From: Candidatus Zixiibacteriota bacterium
Lineage (GTDB): Bacteria > RBG-13-66-14 > B26-G2 > WVWN01
Length of the DNA stretch: 64,000 nucleotides
NCBI GenBank assembly: GCA_050117845.1
Contig: JASFLY010000005.1
Location: forward strand, 32,001-96,000
Reading direction: 5' to 3'
A program made the translations under genes and the position numbers. The notes below the pieces were generated by a model, which worked only from the letters and a program-made list of their open reading frames with translations, searched no databases and was not told the DNA's origin. Shown piece by piece: positions 36,501-46,083 of the stretch (positions are counted from its first letter, which is position 1; the number at the start of each line of letters is the position of its first letter).

Positions 36501-37892
36501 ATGATGAACGGCACTTTCGAACTCGGCGACGTCGAATTCTCCTTCCTGCGGGAATTCCTGCGGGACCGCTTCGGCTTGCATTATCCCCGGCGCAAGAAGG
36601 GCGAACTGGATAAAGCCTGCGCGGAGGTGGCCGACGGCCTCGACCCCGGCCGGTTCTGCAACGTCGTAACTTCCCCGACCGGCCAGCGTCTCCTCCAGCG
36701 GCTTATCAACCACCTGACCATCGGCGAGACCTATTTCTTCCGCATCCAACCGCATTTCGACGCCCTGAAAAACGTTATCCTGCCCGACCTCTTCAAACGT
36801 AAAGGGGACGAAAAAGCCCTGCGGATATGGAGCGCCGGCTGCGCCACCGGCGAGGAGCCGTACTCCATCGCGATGCTGATCCTCGAGACCCTGCGAAACC
36901 CCGAGGAGTGGACCATCGACTTCCTGGCGACCGACGTCAACACCGAATTCCTCGACGCGGCGCTGGAAGGCCTTTATCGGGAGTGGTCCTTCCGCAAGGT
37001 CGGTGACTTCTGGCGCACCAAGTATTTCCGGCCCGAGGGCGACGAGTGGCGGGTGGCCGGGAAAGTGCGGGGGATGGTCCGCTTCGCCACCGCCAACCTG
37101 CTGGACGAGCGGGACAACGTCGTCGCCGCCGGGCCGGCGCCCTTCGACCTCATCGTCTGCCGGAACGTGCTGATATATTTCGACGACGAGAGTATCGCGC
37201 GCGTCGGGGCGCTCTTTCGCCGGTACCTCGCGCCCGGCGGTTGGTACGTCGGCGGCCACGTCGAGCCGGTGGTCTTCGACGACGGCTTCGAACCCGTGAG
37301 TTTCCCCGGAGCCATCCTCTATCGGAAACTCCTGCCGGATGAGGTCTCGGCCCGGGCGAAGCGGCGGCCCGCCGAGGAGCCACGGCGCCGCCCCGCCCTC
37401 GAACGCCGGGCCCCGACGGACGAACTCGAAAAGGCCGACCGGCTGGTGGCGGCCGGCGACGACGGCCGGGCCCTGGTGGAACTCGCGGCGTTGACGGAGA
37501 AGCGCCACGACCCCGAGGTCTACTGGCGGATGGGCCGCGTCCTCGGGAACCTGGGCCGCTACGAGGAGGGGCTGGAGTGGTGCCGCAAGGCCGCCGAGCT
37601 CAATCAGCGCAATCCCTTCCCGTACTACATCTCCGCCCTCATTCTGGAGGAGATGGGGAAGAACGAGGAATCGTTCGAAAACCTCCGGCGGTCGCTCTTC
37701 GTCGATAAGGGATTCGTCCTGGGGCACTTCTCCATGGCGAACTATTACCGTTGGCGCGAGGACGACGAACGCGCCGCCCGGTCGTACCGCAACGTCCTCC
37801 GCCTCCTCGATGGCCGGGAGGACGGCGAACATATCGCCGGGGACGGCCTGACCGTGGGCCGGCTCCGCGAAATCGTTAACCAGATCCTATAA
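36501..37892 (+). CDS. cheR: CheR methyltransferase with C-terminal TPRs (WspC/FrzF-like)
   Basis: TIGETYFFR, IWSAGCATGEEPYS, ATD, DLIVCRNVLIYF; TPR tail. Confidence 0.9.
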   Translation: MMNGTFELGDVEFSFLREFLRDRFGLHYPRRKKGELDKACAEVADGLDPGRFCNVVTSPTGQRLLQRLINHLTIGETYFFRIQPHFDALKNVILPDLFKRKGDEKALRIWSAGCATGEEPYSIAMLILETLRNPEEWTIDFLATDVNTEFLDAALEGLYREWSFRKVGDFWRTKYFRPEGDEWRVAGKVRGMVRFATANLLDERDNVVAAGPAPFDLIVCRNVLIYFDDESIARVGALFRRYLAPGGWYVGGHVEPVVFDDGFEPVSFPGAILYRKLLPDEVSARAKRRPAEEPRRRPALERRAPTDELEKADRLVAAGDDGRALVELAALTEKRHDPEVYWRMGRVLGNLGRYEEGLEWCRKAAELNQRNPFPYYISALILEEMGKNEESFENLRRSLFVDKGFVLGHFSMANYYRWREDDERAARSYRNVLRLLDGREDGEHIAGDGLTVGRLREIVNQIL

Positions 37893-37908
37893 AACGATAA
37901 TTTAATTT

Positions 37909-38511
37909 ATGGAAGAAGAGAAAAAGAACCCCGAGGGAGAAGAGGCCCCGGCCCGGCGCGAGGCCGTGGACTGGACGGCGCTGTTCGACGCCATGTCGGA
38001 CCGCGCCGAGGAAGAGAAGACGGCCGAAATTCTGGAGGCCCGAGCCCGGGCGCTGGCCTCTCCGGAGGACGACGAGGCCGCGGACCATGGCGAGGTTTAC
38101 GCCTTCTTCGCGTTGGGCAGCGAGAAGTACGCCCTCTCGACGGCGGTGGTGGGCGAAGTGGTGGAGCGGCCCCGCGTCACCGCCGTGCCCAAGGCCCCTC
38201 CGATAGTGGCCGGCCTCTTCCACAGGCGCGGCGGCGTCTACGTCGCCGTGGACACCAAACACCTGATAGGTCTGAATAACGACGCCAAATGCCGGGACGC
38301 GCTGGTTCTAACCGGCGCCATGTCGCGGGTGGCGCTCCTCGTCGACGCCGTGACCGCGACCCGTAATATCCCGGCGGCCGAAATAAGGCCGGCGGACATC
38401 GGCGGCCGGGCCATCGCCGGCATTACGTCGGACAACCGCATCGTCCTCGACGGCGGCGCTCTCAGGGAAGAACTCCTCCGCGCGTTGGGTGGAGATCCGG
38501 CGGGTAGATAA
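37909..38511 (+). CDS. cheW: CheW-domain protein with N-terminal extension
   Basis: ILEARARALA, F.LG.EKYA, T.VP.APP..AG. Confidence 0.8.
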   Translation: MEEEKKNPEGEEAPARREAVDWTALFDAMSDRAEEEKTAEILEARARALASPEDDEAADHGEVYAFFALGSEKYALSTAVVGEVVERPRVTAVPKAPPIVAGLFHRRGGVYVAVDTKHLIGLNNDAKCRDALVLTGAMSRVALLVDAVTATRNIPAAEIRPADIGGRAIAGITSDNRIVLDGGALREELLRALGGDPAGR

Positions 38512-38513
38512 TA

Positions 38514-40163
38514 GTGGCTCTGCAAGGTAAATTGGAAGATATGCCGGTCGTGGATGTACTCCAGTTCATCTACGCCAGCCGGCGCAGCGGTACGCTGCAT
38601 ATGGAGAGCCGCAACCGTCGCGGATTCGTCGTCTTCCGCGACGGCAACATCGTGCAGGCTTCCACCAACGCCGCGGATAACAGCTTGGGGCACATTCTCA
38701 TCGCCCGGGGCCGCGTGACCGACGAGGACCTCGCGGCCGCGGTCGCGGCCCAGCGCCTCCAGTATAAGGGTATGCCCCTCGGCCGGGTCATGGTGGAACT
38801 CGGCCTGCTTGAGGAACCTGACTTGAAGGCCGCGGTCGTTCATCAGATAGAGGGGGCCGTCCGCGATTTCGTCCTCTGGCTCGACGGCGATTTCGTCTTC
38901 GAACTCGGCGCCGGGGGAGATGCTCCCGACGACGTGTCCGTTTCGCTGGAGGGGATCCTCTCCGGCGTGAACGTCGATACCCAGCACCTTTTGCTCGAGT
39001 GCATCCGTATATTCGACGAACGGGGGAAGGAGGAGGCCGACCAAGCGAACGCCGACCCGGCCGCGGAGCAGGCCGAAACGTTGATAATCGAACCCGAGGC
39101 CGAGGTTACGCCGCCGGAGGAGATAGAGGCCCCGGAGCCGGCCTCCCATACGGTATTCCTATACTCCAACAGCGAGACGTTGGCCGCGTTCCTCTCTTCC
39201 ATCGCGACCCAGAAGAGAGTCGAGTGCCGGGTCTTCCAATCGTTCACGGCCTTGATGCTCGCGCTGGAGGGCGTCGCGGCGAAGGACCGCCTTCCGGTCG
39301 TCGTCCTCGACGTCGACTTCGGCGTCAAGAGCCAGCAGCAGGCCCGCGGCAAACGGGCCGGCGAACTTATCTCGAAGTTAAAGGCCGCCGCGCGGACGGT
39401 GGACGTCGTCTGCGTGGCGGGCCGCGTTAACTCGGCGTTGCGGATTTCTCTTATGGAACGGCACGCCCGCGCCGTAGTGGGAATGCCGCCGCCGGCGACG
39501 TTCGAACAGCAACCCCCGCCGCCGGACGTCCGCAACTTCCTGCGCGAACTCTGGACCACGGTGATAGAGGCCTTCCGCAACTACGAGGCCGTGTACGTTA
39601 AACGGCAGTGGCGCACCCGCATCCGCTCGCTCGAGTCGTACCTAATAAAACTTAAGAAGTTCGTGCGCGAGGCGCAGAAGTCCAACTTCTCGTTCCTGGT
39701 TTCGCTCGACCTCCTGAATATCATATCCGAGAATTACGAGCGGGCGCTATTGCTCGTCGTGCGGGAAGGCCAGGCGGCCGGCATCGGCGGCTTCGGCGAC
39801 GCCGACGACGGAACGCCCCTCGGGATAATCGCCAAAGGTATCACCGTCGATCTCGGCGTGAACTCCGTCTTCAAGACGGTGGCGGAGCGGCGCACGACCT
39901 ACCGCGGCCGGCCGGACGCGTCCGAACCGGCGCACCGGAAAATCTTCGACGAAATCGGCGAACCCCGCAGCGGCGAGGTCATGGTGGTCCCCCTGATCTC
40001 GGACGGCCGGACCCTCGCGATGATTTACTGCGACAACGGCGAGTACGACAAGGCCCTTATCTACGACGAGCTGTTGGACCTCCTCTCCAACCAGACGCAT
40101 ATCCTGTACGAGCGGATGCTGGCCGAGACCATTCCCGCCGGGGCGGGCGGCAACGACGAATGA
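38514..40163 (+). CDS. DUF4388 (PatA-N-like) domain signalling protein with C-terminal GAF-like region
   Basis: MALQGKLEDM...DVLQ.I....RSG.L, G...F..G.IV.A, W.DG.F.F; VVPL......A.IYCDN. Confidence 0.78.
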   Translation: MALQGKLEDMPVVDVLQFIYASRRSGTLHMESRNRRGFVVFRDGNIVQASTNAADNSLGHILIARGRVTDEDLAAAVAAQRLQYKGMPLGRVMVELGLLEEPDLKAAVVHQIEGAVRDFVLWLDGDFVFELGAGGDAPDDVSVSLEGILSGVNVDTQHLLLECIRIFDERGKEEADQANADPAAEQAETLIIEPEAEVTPPEEIEAPEPASHTVFLYSNSETLAAFLSSIATQKRVECRVFQSFTALMLALEGVAAKDRLPVVVLDVDFGVKSQQQARGKRAGELISKLKAAARTVDVVCVAGRVNSALRISLMERHARAVVGMPPPATFEQQPPPPDVRNFLRELWTTVIEAFRNYEAVYVKRQWRTRIRSLESYLIKLKKFVREAQKSNFSFLVSLDLLNIISENYERALLLVVREGQAAGIGGFGDADDGTPLGIIAKGITVDLGVNSVFKTVAERRTTYRGRPDASEPAHRKIFDEIGEPRSGEVMVVPLISDGRTLAMIYCDNGEYDKALIYDELLDLLSNQTHILYERMLAETIPAGAGGNDE

Positions 40164-40281
40164 GAGGGCGTCGCGGCGTCTTGCGCCGCGGGGCTTTTTT
40201 TCGTATAATGGGCCGTTAAACGTTCGGCCCTCGCCACGGGTCCAAAGTGCGACGAAAACGTTAACGCCAGAGGTGCTTACG

Positions 40282-40818
40282 ATGCATAAATGGACTATCA
40301 TAGCGGTTTTGATTATCGCGCTCGCGTGCGTGGCCGGTTGCCGGCGCACGGGGGGCGGCCCGGCCTACTACGGCGGCAACGGCGACGAGAACGTCGTCGA
40401 GGGGTCCGTCGTGGTCGGCGAAATCGTTCCGGCCGACACCGACGTCGGCGAGGACATCGACGAGTTCGCCGAGGGCGGCGAGTTCTCGAGCGGCGCCGTG
40501 GGCACGCTGGAGACGAGCGAGACGACCGAAACGACGGAGACCTACGTTACCGAAACGTACACCCCCGCGGGCGGAACGGCGGAAGGCTACCGCGTGCAGA
40601 TAATCGCGAGTTCGTATCAGGACAACGCGGACAACGTGGCCGGTCAGATTCGCTCGGCCTTCGGCGGCGTGGGCGTTTACGTCGAACATATCCAGGGCCT
40701 GTACAAGGTCCGCGTGGGCGACTACACCGACCGCGCTTCCGCGGAGGCGATGCGCGACCGCCTGCGTAACGCCGGTTACCCGGACGCCTGGATCGTCAAG
40801 GAGCAGGTCAACCAGTAA
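40282..40818 (+). CDS. SPOR-domain lipoprotein
   Basis: Lipobox VAGC; GYRVQI.A..., YKVRVGD, GYPDAWIV. Confidence 0.88.
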   Translation: MHKWTIIAVLIIALACVAGCRRTGGGPAYYGGNGDENVVEGSVVVGEIVPADTDVGEDIDEFAEGGEFSSGAVGTLETSETTETTETYVTETYTPAGGTAEGYRVQIIASSYQDNADNVAGQIRSAFGGVGVYVEHIQGLYKVRVGDYTDRASAEAMRDRLRNAGYPDAWIVKEQVNQ

Positions 40819-40900
40819 ACGAAACTCGACGCTACGAAATAAATAACCCGCCACTAGTTGGCGGGTTTTCTGATTCTCGCCTTCGAATATTAGAAATCTC

Positions 40901-40929
40901 TTGACAATATATGTCCATAATGTTATAAA
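40901..40929 (+). promoter_or_regulatory. Sigma70 promoter in an AT-rich intergenic region
   Basis: TTGACA-17-TATAAA. Confidence 0.6.
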
Positions 40930-41184
40930 ACTATAGGGTTGCTAATGGCCGAGGGTAATTTATGAGTCGAGGCGTGTTAATAAATATAAATTATGTAGCA
41001 CGATTGATTTGATGCCGAGTTAAGCTATTACTGCTAAATATCCGAACAGCGGCCTTGGTGTTCAGTTTAATTTAATCGAACGTTGTGTCTATTCGAAAAA
41101 GGTAACGTATCGCTTGGGCCGCCGGAAAAGTTTTTCAAGATAAATTCCAAGGGTACTAATCAGACGTACGATAGGAGGAGTTAA

Positions 41185-41403
41185 ATGGCGACACGGAAAG
41201 TCATGGCGAGCGCGGGGGGCGGCGGGGCCTATCACATCCCGGCCCGTTTCGCCCAGAAATACTACTCCGACCTGAGGTTCGTCCTGGGGGAAAACCGGCC
41301 CGACGGCATCATGGTCTTACCGTTGAAGGTCTTGCAGGACATCGCGACGGTGAAGGACCTGATGAGACAGGGCGAGATAGTGTTCATACCCAAGGCGAGG
41401 TAA
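41185..41403 (+). CDS. Small hypothetical protein (72 aa) upstream of a radical SAM gene
   Basis: Strong AGGAGGAG RBS; clean ORF. Confidence 0.7.
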   Translation: MATRKVMASAGGGGAYHIPARFAQKYYSDLRFVLGENRPDGIMVLPLKVLQDIATVKDLMRQGEIVFIPKAR

Positions 41404-41505
41404 TAACGCAGAAACTTTGAGCTTCGGGGGGTACGCCGGGGCACTATTCGTAAGAGTAGTGCCCCAAACTTAATTTTTCCGGGCGTGGCCCGCCGGGGGG
41501 TGAGA

Positions 41506-42642
41506 ATGGAAAATCCACCGCTGGAACTGCCTTTCCTCAAGAACGTCGGCTTGGTCGTAACGTACCGGTGCCAGGTCGCCTGTCCCCACTGCATCATCGA
41601 AGCCGGGCCGCATCGGACCGAAGAGATGCGCCTCAACGACGCGTTCTCGTGGACGCGCCAGATAGCCGACTACCGCGGCGGCCACACGCAGATCCTCTCG
41701 CTCACGGGCGGCGAGCCCTTTTACGACCTCGAGCTCCTGCGGGAGATCTCGGCCTTCGCCGATGCCCGCGGCCTTCTGGTAACCGTCGTTACCAACGGCT
41801 TCTGGGCCGAGTCGGCCGGGGCGGCCCTGGGAGTCTTGCGGGGCGTGCCGGCCGTCCGCGCCATGGCCCTCAGTACGGACGAGTATCACCAGATACACAT
41901 TCCCCTCGACAGAATAAAGAACGCCGTGTTCGCGGCCCGGGAGTGCGGCGTGCCGTTCAACGTCAACGTCTGTACGCCGGACCCGAAGGCCCCCGCCTTT
42001 CTCGCCATCCGCGACGAATTGCTCGGCTTCGTCGACGCCGACGACCTCAACACCACCGTCACGTTCCCGGTGGGCCGGGCGGGCCGGGAGCTCCCGGACC
42101 TCTCGTATGAGACCTCGGCCGACGTGCCCCGCTCGGCGTGTTCGGTCGGAGGCTCTCCCATCATCTTCCCGAACGGCGACGTCATCGCCTGCATCGGCCC
42201 CGTCATTACGCTCCGGCCTCCGCACCCCCTCTGGCTGGGCAACGTCCGCGAAAGGCCGCTGGACGAGATCCTCGACGCCGCGGAGGAGAACGCCGTCCTC
42301 CACGCCATCCGCGTATGGGGGCCGCGCCGCCTCGTCGCCGAGGTCCAGGCCGCGGGGCTGGGGGGATACCTGCCCGAGGAGTACGTGTCCAACAGCATCT
42401 GCCACCTGTGCCACTACTTGATGTCGCACGAAAGGATACGGGCGTTTCTGGAAGAATTGACGGCCGACGCCGACTTCGTCGAGGACGTCGCGTACGCCCG
42501 CATCCACTACCTGGACGAGTACCGGATGGTCGAACTCGCGGGGCTGGGGCTGGTCGCGGGGGGCGGTGGGGGGGCGGGGAGGTCGGGGAGAGCTGACGTT
42601 GCCTCTTTTCGGGCGAAACGGCCTGGCGGCCGGAGGTACTAA
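41506..42642 (+). CDS. Radical SAM protein with C-terminal Cys motifs (SPASM/twitch-like)
   Basis: TYRCQVACPHC, LTGGEPF, VTNGFWA, C...P.G.V.AC, LGN, C.LC. Confidence 0.88.
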   Translation: MENPPLELPFLKNVGLVVTYRCQVACPHCIIEAGPHRTEEMRLNDAFSWTRQIADYRGGHTQILSLTGGEPFYDLELLREISAFADARGLLVTVVTNGFWAESAGAALGVLRGVPAVRAMALSTDEYHQIHIPLDRIKNAVFAARECGVPFNVNVCTPDPKAPAFLAIRDELLGFVDADDLNTTVTFPVGRAGRELPDLSYETSADVPRSACSVGGSPIIFPNGDVIACIGPVITLRPPHPLWLGNVRERPLDEILDAAEENAVLHAIRVWGPRRLVAEVQAAGLGGYLPEEYVSNSICHLCHYLMSHERIRAFLEELTADADFVEDVAYARIHYLDEYRMVELAGLGLVAGGGGGAGRSGRADVASFRAKRPGGRRY

Positions 42643-42671
42643 TTCGTTTAATACGAATAGGAGGTAACGCG

Positions 42672-42893
42672 ATGAAGCTGGTAATTCGATATTGTGGCGA
42701 GTGAGGCTTTGAGGGCCGGGCTGCCAGGTTGGCGGCCGCTATAAAGGAGGCCACGGCCGTAGAGGCCGTGTTGGAAGAGGGGCACGACGGCATCTTCGAC
42801 GTGGAGGCCGACGGCGAACTGATATTCTCGCGGGCCGAACAAGAGGGGCGCTTCCCCGAACCGGACGAGATAATCGCCGCGCTCGTCGATTGA
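42672..42893 (+). CDS. Rdx-family (SelW/SelT/SelH-like) selenoprotein, CxxU; TGA 42702-42704
   Basis: GGAGGT RBS; MKLVIRYCGE-U-GFEGRAARLA...G.DGIFDV..DG.LIFSR....RFPEPDEI; hairpin GCTGCCA-GGT-TGGCGGC 42720-42736. Confidence 0.92.
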
Positions 42894-42923
42894 CCCACCG
42901 CCCCCCCAATTCTCATTTAATAG

Positions 42924-42950
42924 AAAACCCGCCCGAGAGGGCGGGGTTTT
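42924..42950. terminator. Bidirectional terminator
   Basis: AAAACCCGCCC-GAGA-GGGCGGGGTTTT between convergent genes. Confidence 0.75.
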
Positions 42951-42970
42951 GATTATTGTGGCTACGGTAA

Positions 42971-43207
42971 TTAGCCCTTCGGCGGATAAGGGTCGTTGCC
43001 GTAGGTTCGCTCTTCCTGTATTTTGCCGTCCTGTTTATGGATGATTATTTGGCTGGGTTCGTTGTTCTTCGCAAGTTCTCTGGCCTTATCGACAGCCTCC
43101 TCTTTAGTGTCGTGCGTACTGGAAGCACGATCGGCGCCTTCCCTCTTTACTTTCCAAAGGTTCTCGTCCCCATCGTGCACGACGTGGTAGCTTTCCCGCT
43201 TGCCCAT
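42971..43207 (-). CDS. DUF2188-family protein
   Basis: YHVV....W.VK.EG..RAS....TKEEA...A, IH..DG.IQ...YG.DP.PP.G. Confidence 0.9.
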   Translation of the reverse strand: MGKRESYHVVHDGDENLWKVKREGADRASSTHDTKEEAVDKARELAKNNEPSQIIIHKQDGKIQEERTYGNDPYPPKG

Positions 43208-43250
43208 TTCACACCCCCTTTATCAGGTATTGGTCGGTTTAACCGAGTTT

Positions 43251-44195
43251 TTATCGCCTTTTTACCGGGGCTCTTTCGCGTTCTCGTTGAGGCTTGTACG
43301 GCCAGAAATTAATCGGGTTTTTCGGATTATACGTTATTAATCCATTACAACCTAGCTTTACGCCCATTCTCGCTTTTTTTAAACGTTCCGAGAGCAACGA
43401 TACAACGTCACACCTGACTTCGTCTCCTTTACTTAATCTGTGGGCGGCCGCGTTAAATTTATCGAATAACATATCTTGGCCAGTTCTATTGATACGCCAT
43501 CGTTCGTAAAGGTTATATTTTTTCCTAGAATATACGCCCATGCCGACGAAGAAATCTGCCATTTGGATGAAAGGCTCCTCATGCGATTTTCGCGGGTTTA
43601 TATCTATAATATTATAATTTCGTTTAAATAAAATATCCGAACCATTTGCTATGAATAAAGGATCAATATCCCGAATACTTCTACTACGGTTCTCTAAACA
43701 ATCACTGAGCGTACCCCAATCCATTGCCGTATTCTCATCGGGGTTTAAAACCCAAGCGCAATCGTCCGGCCATCTTTTCGTTAGAACGTTTTTGAGTAAA
43801 TGGTAATACATCCGTTTAAGGTTTTCGATGTCGTCCCTACCTTTAATCTTATGACGGGTGTCTTCAATATCCCACGTTAAAACGTCGATACGTAAATCCC
43901 CGGGACTAGCGTGTTTAATGCAAAAGTCGATCAACTTCATCGCTGCGAATCTGCCTTTCGCGTCGCGAACCGTTTCCCATTTAAAATCTTTAAAACCGGA
44001 ACCTATTAATAACGCTTTTAAAGGATCTTTAAGTAAATCAACATATGATAATCCCGTTGTTACCAATCCTATACCACGGTAACGCCCGATATTATGATGC
44101 GTTTCGTCTGCGTATCCTATGTGAGTAGCGCGATCCGTATTCCCACCAAAAGTTTGATATAATATCGAGTTATCTCTTTGTCTTTATTTTATCAT
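43251..44195 (-). pseudogene. Low-GC DUF3800-like protein with a disrupted or non-canonical 5' end
   Basis: THIGYADETH lies upstream of the first TTG (44066); in-frame ATG 44195 is followed by TAA at codon 4; S.....IQMADFF motif. Confidence 0.5.
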
Positions 44196-44259
44196 ACCAA
44201 TACTTAATCGTTGGTGGAAGTAAAAAAACCGGCCCCTTTCGGGGCCGGCCTTATTAATT

Positions 44260-44613
44260 TGGAGGCGGCGGGAATCGAACCCGCGTCCGGAAGTGCGGCC
44301 GCCAGGCCTCTACACGCTTGTCCCGCGTTTGAATCTCACGCCGGCCTTTGCCCGCGGGCGGGCATAACCGACGCCAGCCCCTGTAAGGGTTTTCGACCTC
44401 GGCGGAAGGGGCTACCGCTTCGGCTTATCCCGCTATTCCGTCGTCCGGCCGGTGCGCCGCGGGAGGGCTCAACCGGCGGACGGCCTGCTAACTATTTAGC
44501 AAGCGTACGCGTAATTATCGGCGTTTATTTGTTCCCGCCTTTTTAACGCGGCGACAGGAAACCGCGGCGTGCCACCTGGGTACCGTCCACCCCCGTCGAA
44601 ACCGATCGCCCCC
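44260..44613 (-). ncRNA. ssrA: tmRNA
   Basis: 5' GGGGGCGATCGGTTTCGAC, 3' GGTTCGATTCCCGCCGCCTCCA; about 354 nt; internal tag ORF; downstream terminator 44222-44248. Confidence 0.95.
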
Positions 44614-44633
44614 GTATTCGAATTAATATTACT

Positions 44634-45233
44634 CTATCTATACAGCGCCCGGACCCGGCCGAAGCTCATCGGCTCCACCGCCGGGTGGCTCGGGCCGTAG
44701 TAGACCCGCATCAGGAAGTCCCCGTCCACCAACTCGAAGGGGAACCACGTCTGGTTGAAGTAGCTCCAGTTCGGGTTGGGGTCCGTCCGGGCCGTGTCGC
44801 CGAAGACGGTGTCGCAGTTGGGGTAATCTCCCCGCTGCTTTAATAATACGACGAACGGGTCGGTGCTGTTCCAATAATAATCTACGTCCCTGTACGTAAC
44901 CCACTCGCCGTGGTCGTAGGTGAAGTTCTCGGGCCCCCAGACGCGGCTTTTCGGCGTCTCGGGGTATATGGACGGATTCCAGTCCCATATCTCGACGCGG
45001 AACCCTTCCCAGCTGGTGTTGCCGGACGGATTGCCGACGTAGACCCGTATGCGCTGGATGTACCCGGCCTCGGCCGGCTCTACCTTGATGGCCCAGCCGT
45101 CGCCCGCGTTCTCGCGGTACAGCGGGTGATAGGGGGTGCCGTCGTCGTAATATATCCACTGCGGCGGCGGCGATGCGCCCCCGGCGCCGGCGAGTATGGT
45201 AACAAGTATGAGCAACCCTAAAGTTCGCCGCAT
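44634..45233 (-). CDS. Secreted protein with the shared C-terminal motif (third passenger type)
   Basis: Signal peptide MRRTLGLLILV...; YDDG motif; C-terminus AVEPMSFGRVRALYR. Confidence 0.8.
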   Translation of the reverse strand: MRRTLGLLILVTILAGAGGASPPPQWIYYDDGTPYHPLYRENAGDGWAIKVEPAEAGYIQRIRVYVGNPSGNTSWEGFRVEIWDWNPSIYPETPKSRVWGPENFTYDHGEWVTYRDVDYYWNSTDPFVVLLKQRGDYPNCDTVFGDTARTDPNPNWSYFNQTWFPFELVDGDFLMRVYYGPSHPAVEPMSFGRVRALYR

Positions 45234-45403
45234 AGCCTCTCTCCTTGAGAAAGGGCCCGAATTAAGCACTTACTTCCACTTATATTATAATACCCGCTTA
45301 ACCTGGAGTCAACTTTTTTAATTAAATAAGGGGGTTTTTAGGGGGAGTGGGGGCTTTTGGCGGCCTTCGGGCGCGCCCCAAGGCCGGCCCCTTCACTTTT
45401 TTC

Positions 45404-45432
45404 TTGACTACTCAACGCCTGTTGAGTATAAT
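45404..45432 (+). promoter_or_regulatory. lexA promoter with embedded palindrome (candidate LexA box TACTCAAC-N4-GTTGAGTA)
   Basis: TTGACT-17-TATAAT with a perfect inverted repeat at 45409-45428. Confidence 0.75.
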
Positions 45433-45470
45433 GGTAGCGGTGGCCATAGCCGCCAGGAGAGGTGATATCT

Positions 45471-46070
45471 ATGGAAAAATTGACGAGCAGGCAACGAGAG
45501 GTTTTATCCGCCGTGCGGGAGCTGACGGGCCGGCACGGCTTCCCGCCCACGGTGCGGGAGCTGGCGGAATTTCTGGAGGTCGGCCCCCGGGCAGCCTTCG
45601 AGCACCTAGCGGCCCTCGTCCGCAAGGGCTATCTGGAGAAGGAGGACGGCAGGCCGCGGGCGCTGTCGCTGGCGGGGTACGAGCCGGCGCTGGAGCTGCC
45701 GGTGGTGGGGAACGTGGCCGCGGGGCCGCCCATCACGGCGATAGAGGAGGCCGAGGAGACGATGGCGGTCGACCGGTCGCTGGGGGCCGCGGATGGCGAC
45801 TTCCTTCTGCGCGTCCGCGGCGACAGTATGGAGGGCGAGCACATCCTCGACGGCGACATGGTCATAGTTCGGCCCCAGCCGGTGGCGGAGAACGGCGCCG
45901 TCGTGGTGGCGCTGGTGGGGGACGAGGCCACGGTGAAGCGGATGTACCTCCGCGGCGGCCTGGTCATCCTGCGCGCCGCCAACCCGGCCTATGCGGACCT
46001 CGTGCTCGGCGAGGATCACGACGTCGCGGTGATAGGCCGCGTCGTGGGCGTCATCCGGCGTTACAAGTGA
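45471..46070 (+). CDS. lexA: SOS repressor LexA
   Basis: LT.RQ..VL, GFPPTVRE, VAAG.P cleavage site, GDSM, EATVKR. Confidence 0.93.
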   Translation: MEKLTSRQREVLSAVRELTGRHGFPPTVRELAEFLEVGPRAAFEHLAALVRKGYLEKEDGRPRALSLAGYEPALELPVVGNVAAGPPITAIEEAEETMAVDRSLGAADGDFLLRVRGDSMEGEHILDGDMVIVRPQPVAENGAVVVALVGDEATVKRMYLRGGLVILRAANPAYADLVLGEDHDVAVIGRVVGVIRRYK

Positions 46071-46083
46071 GGGAGTTCGTTCA

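Noticed and set aside
44260..44300. tRNA gene
   Set aside because: The T-arm and acceptor belong to the tmRNA.
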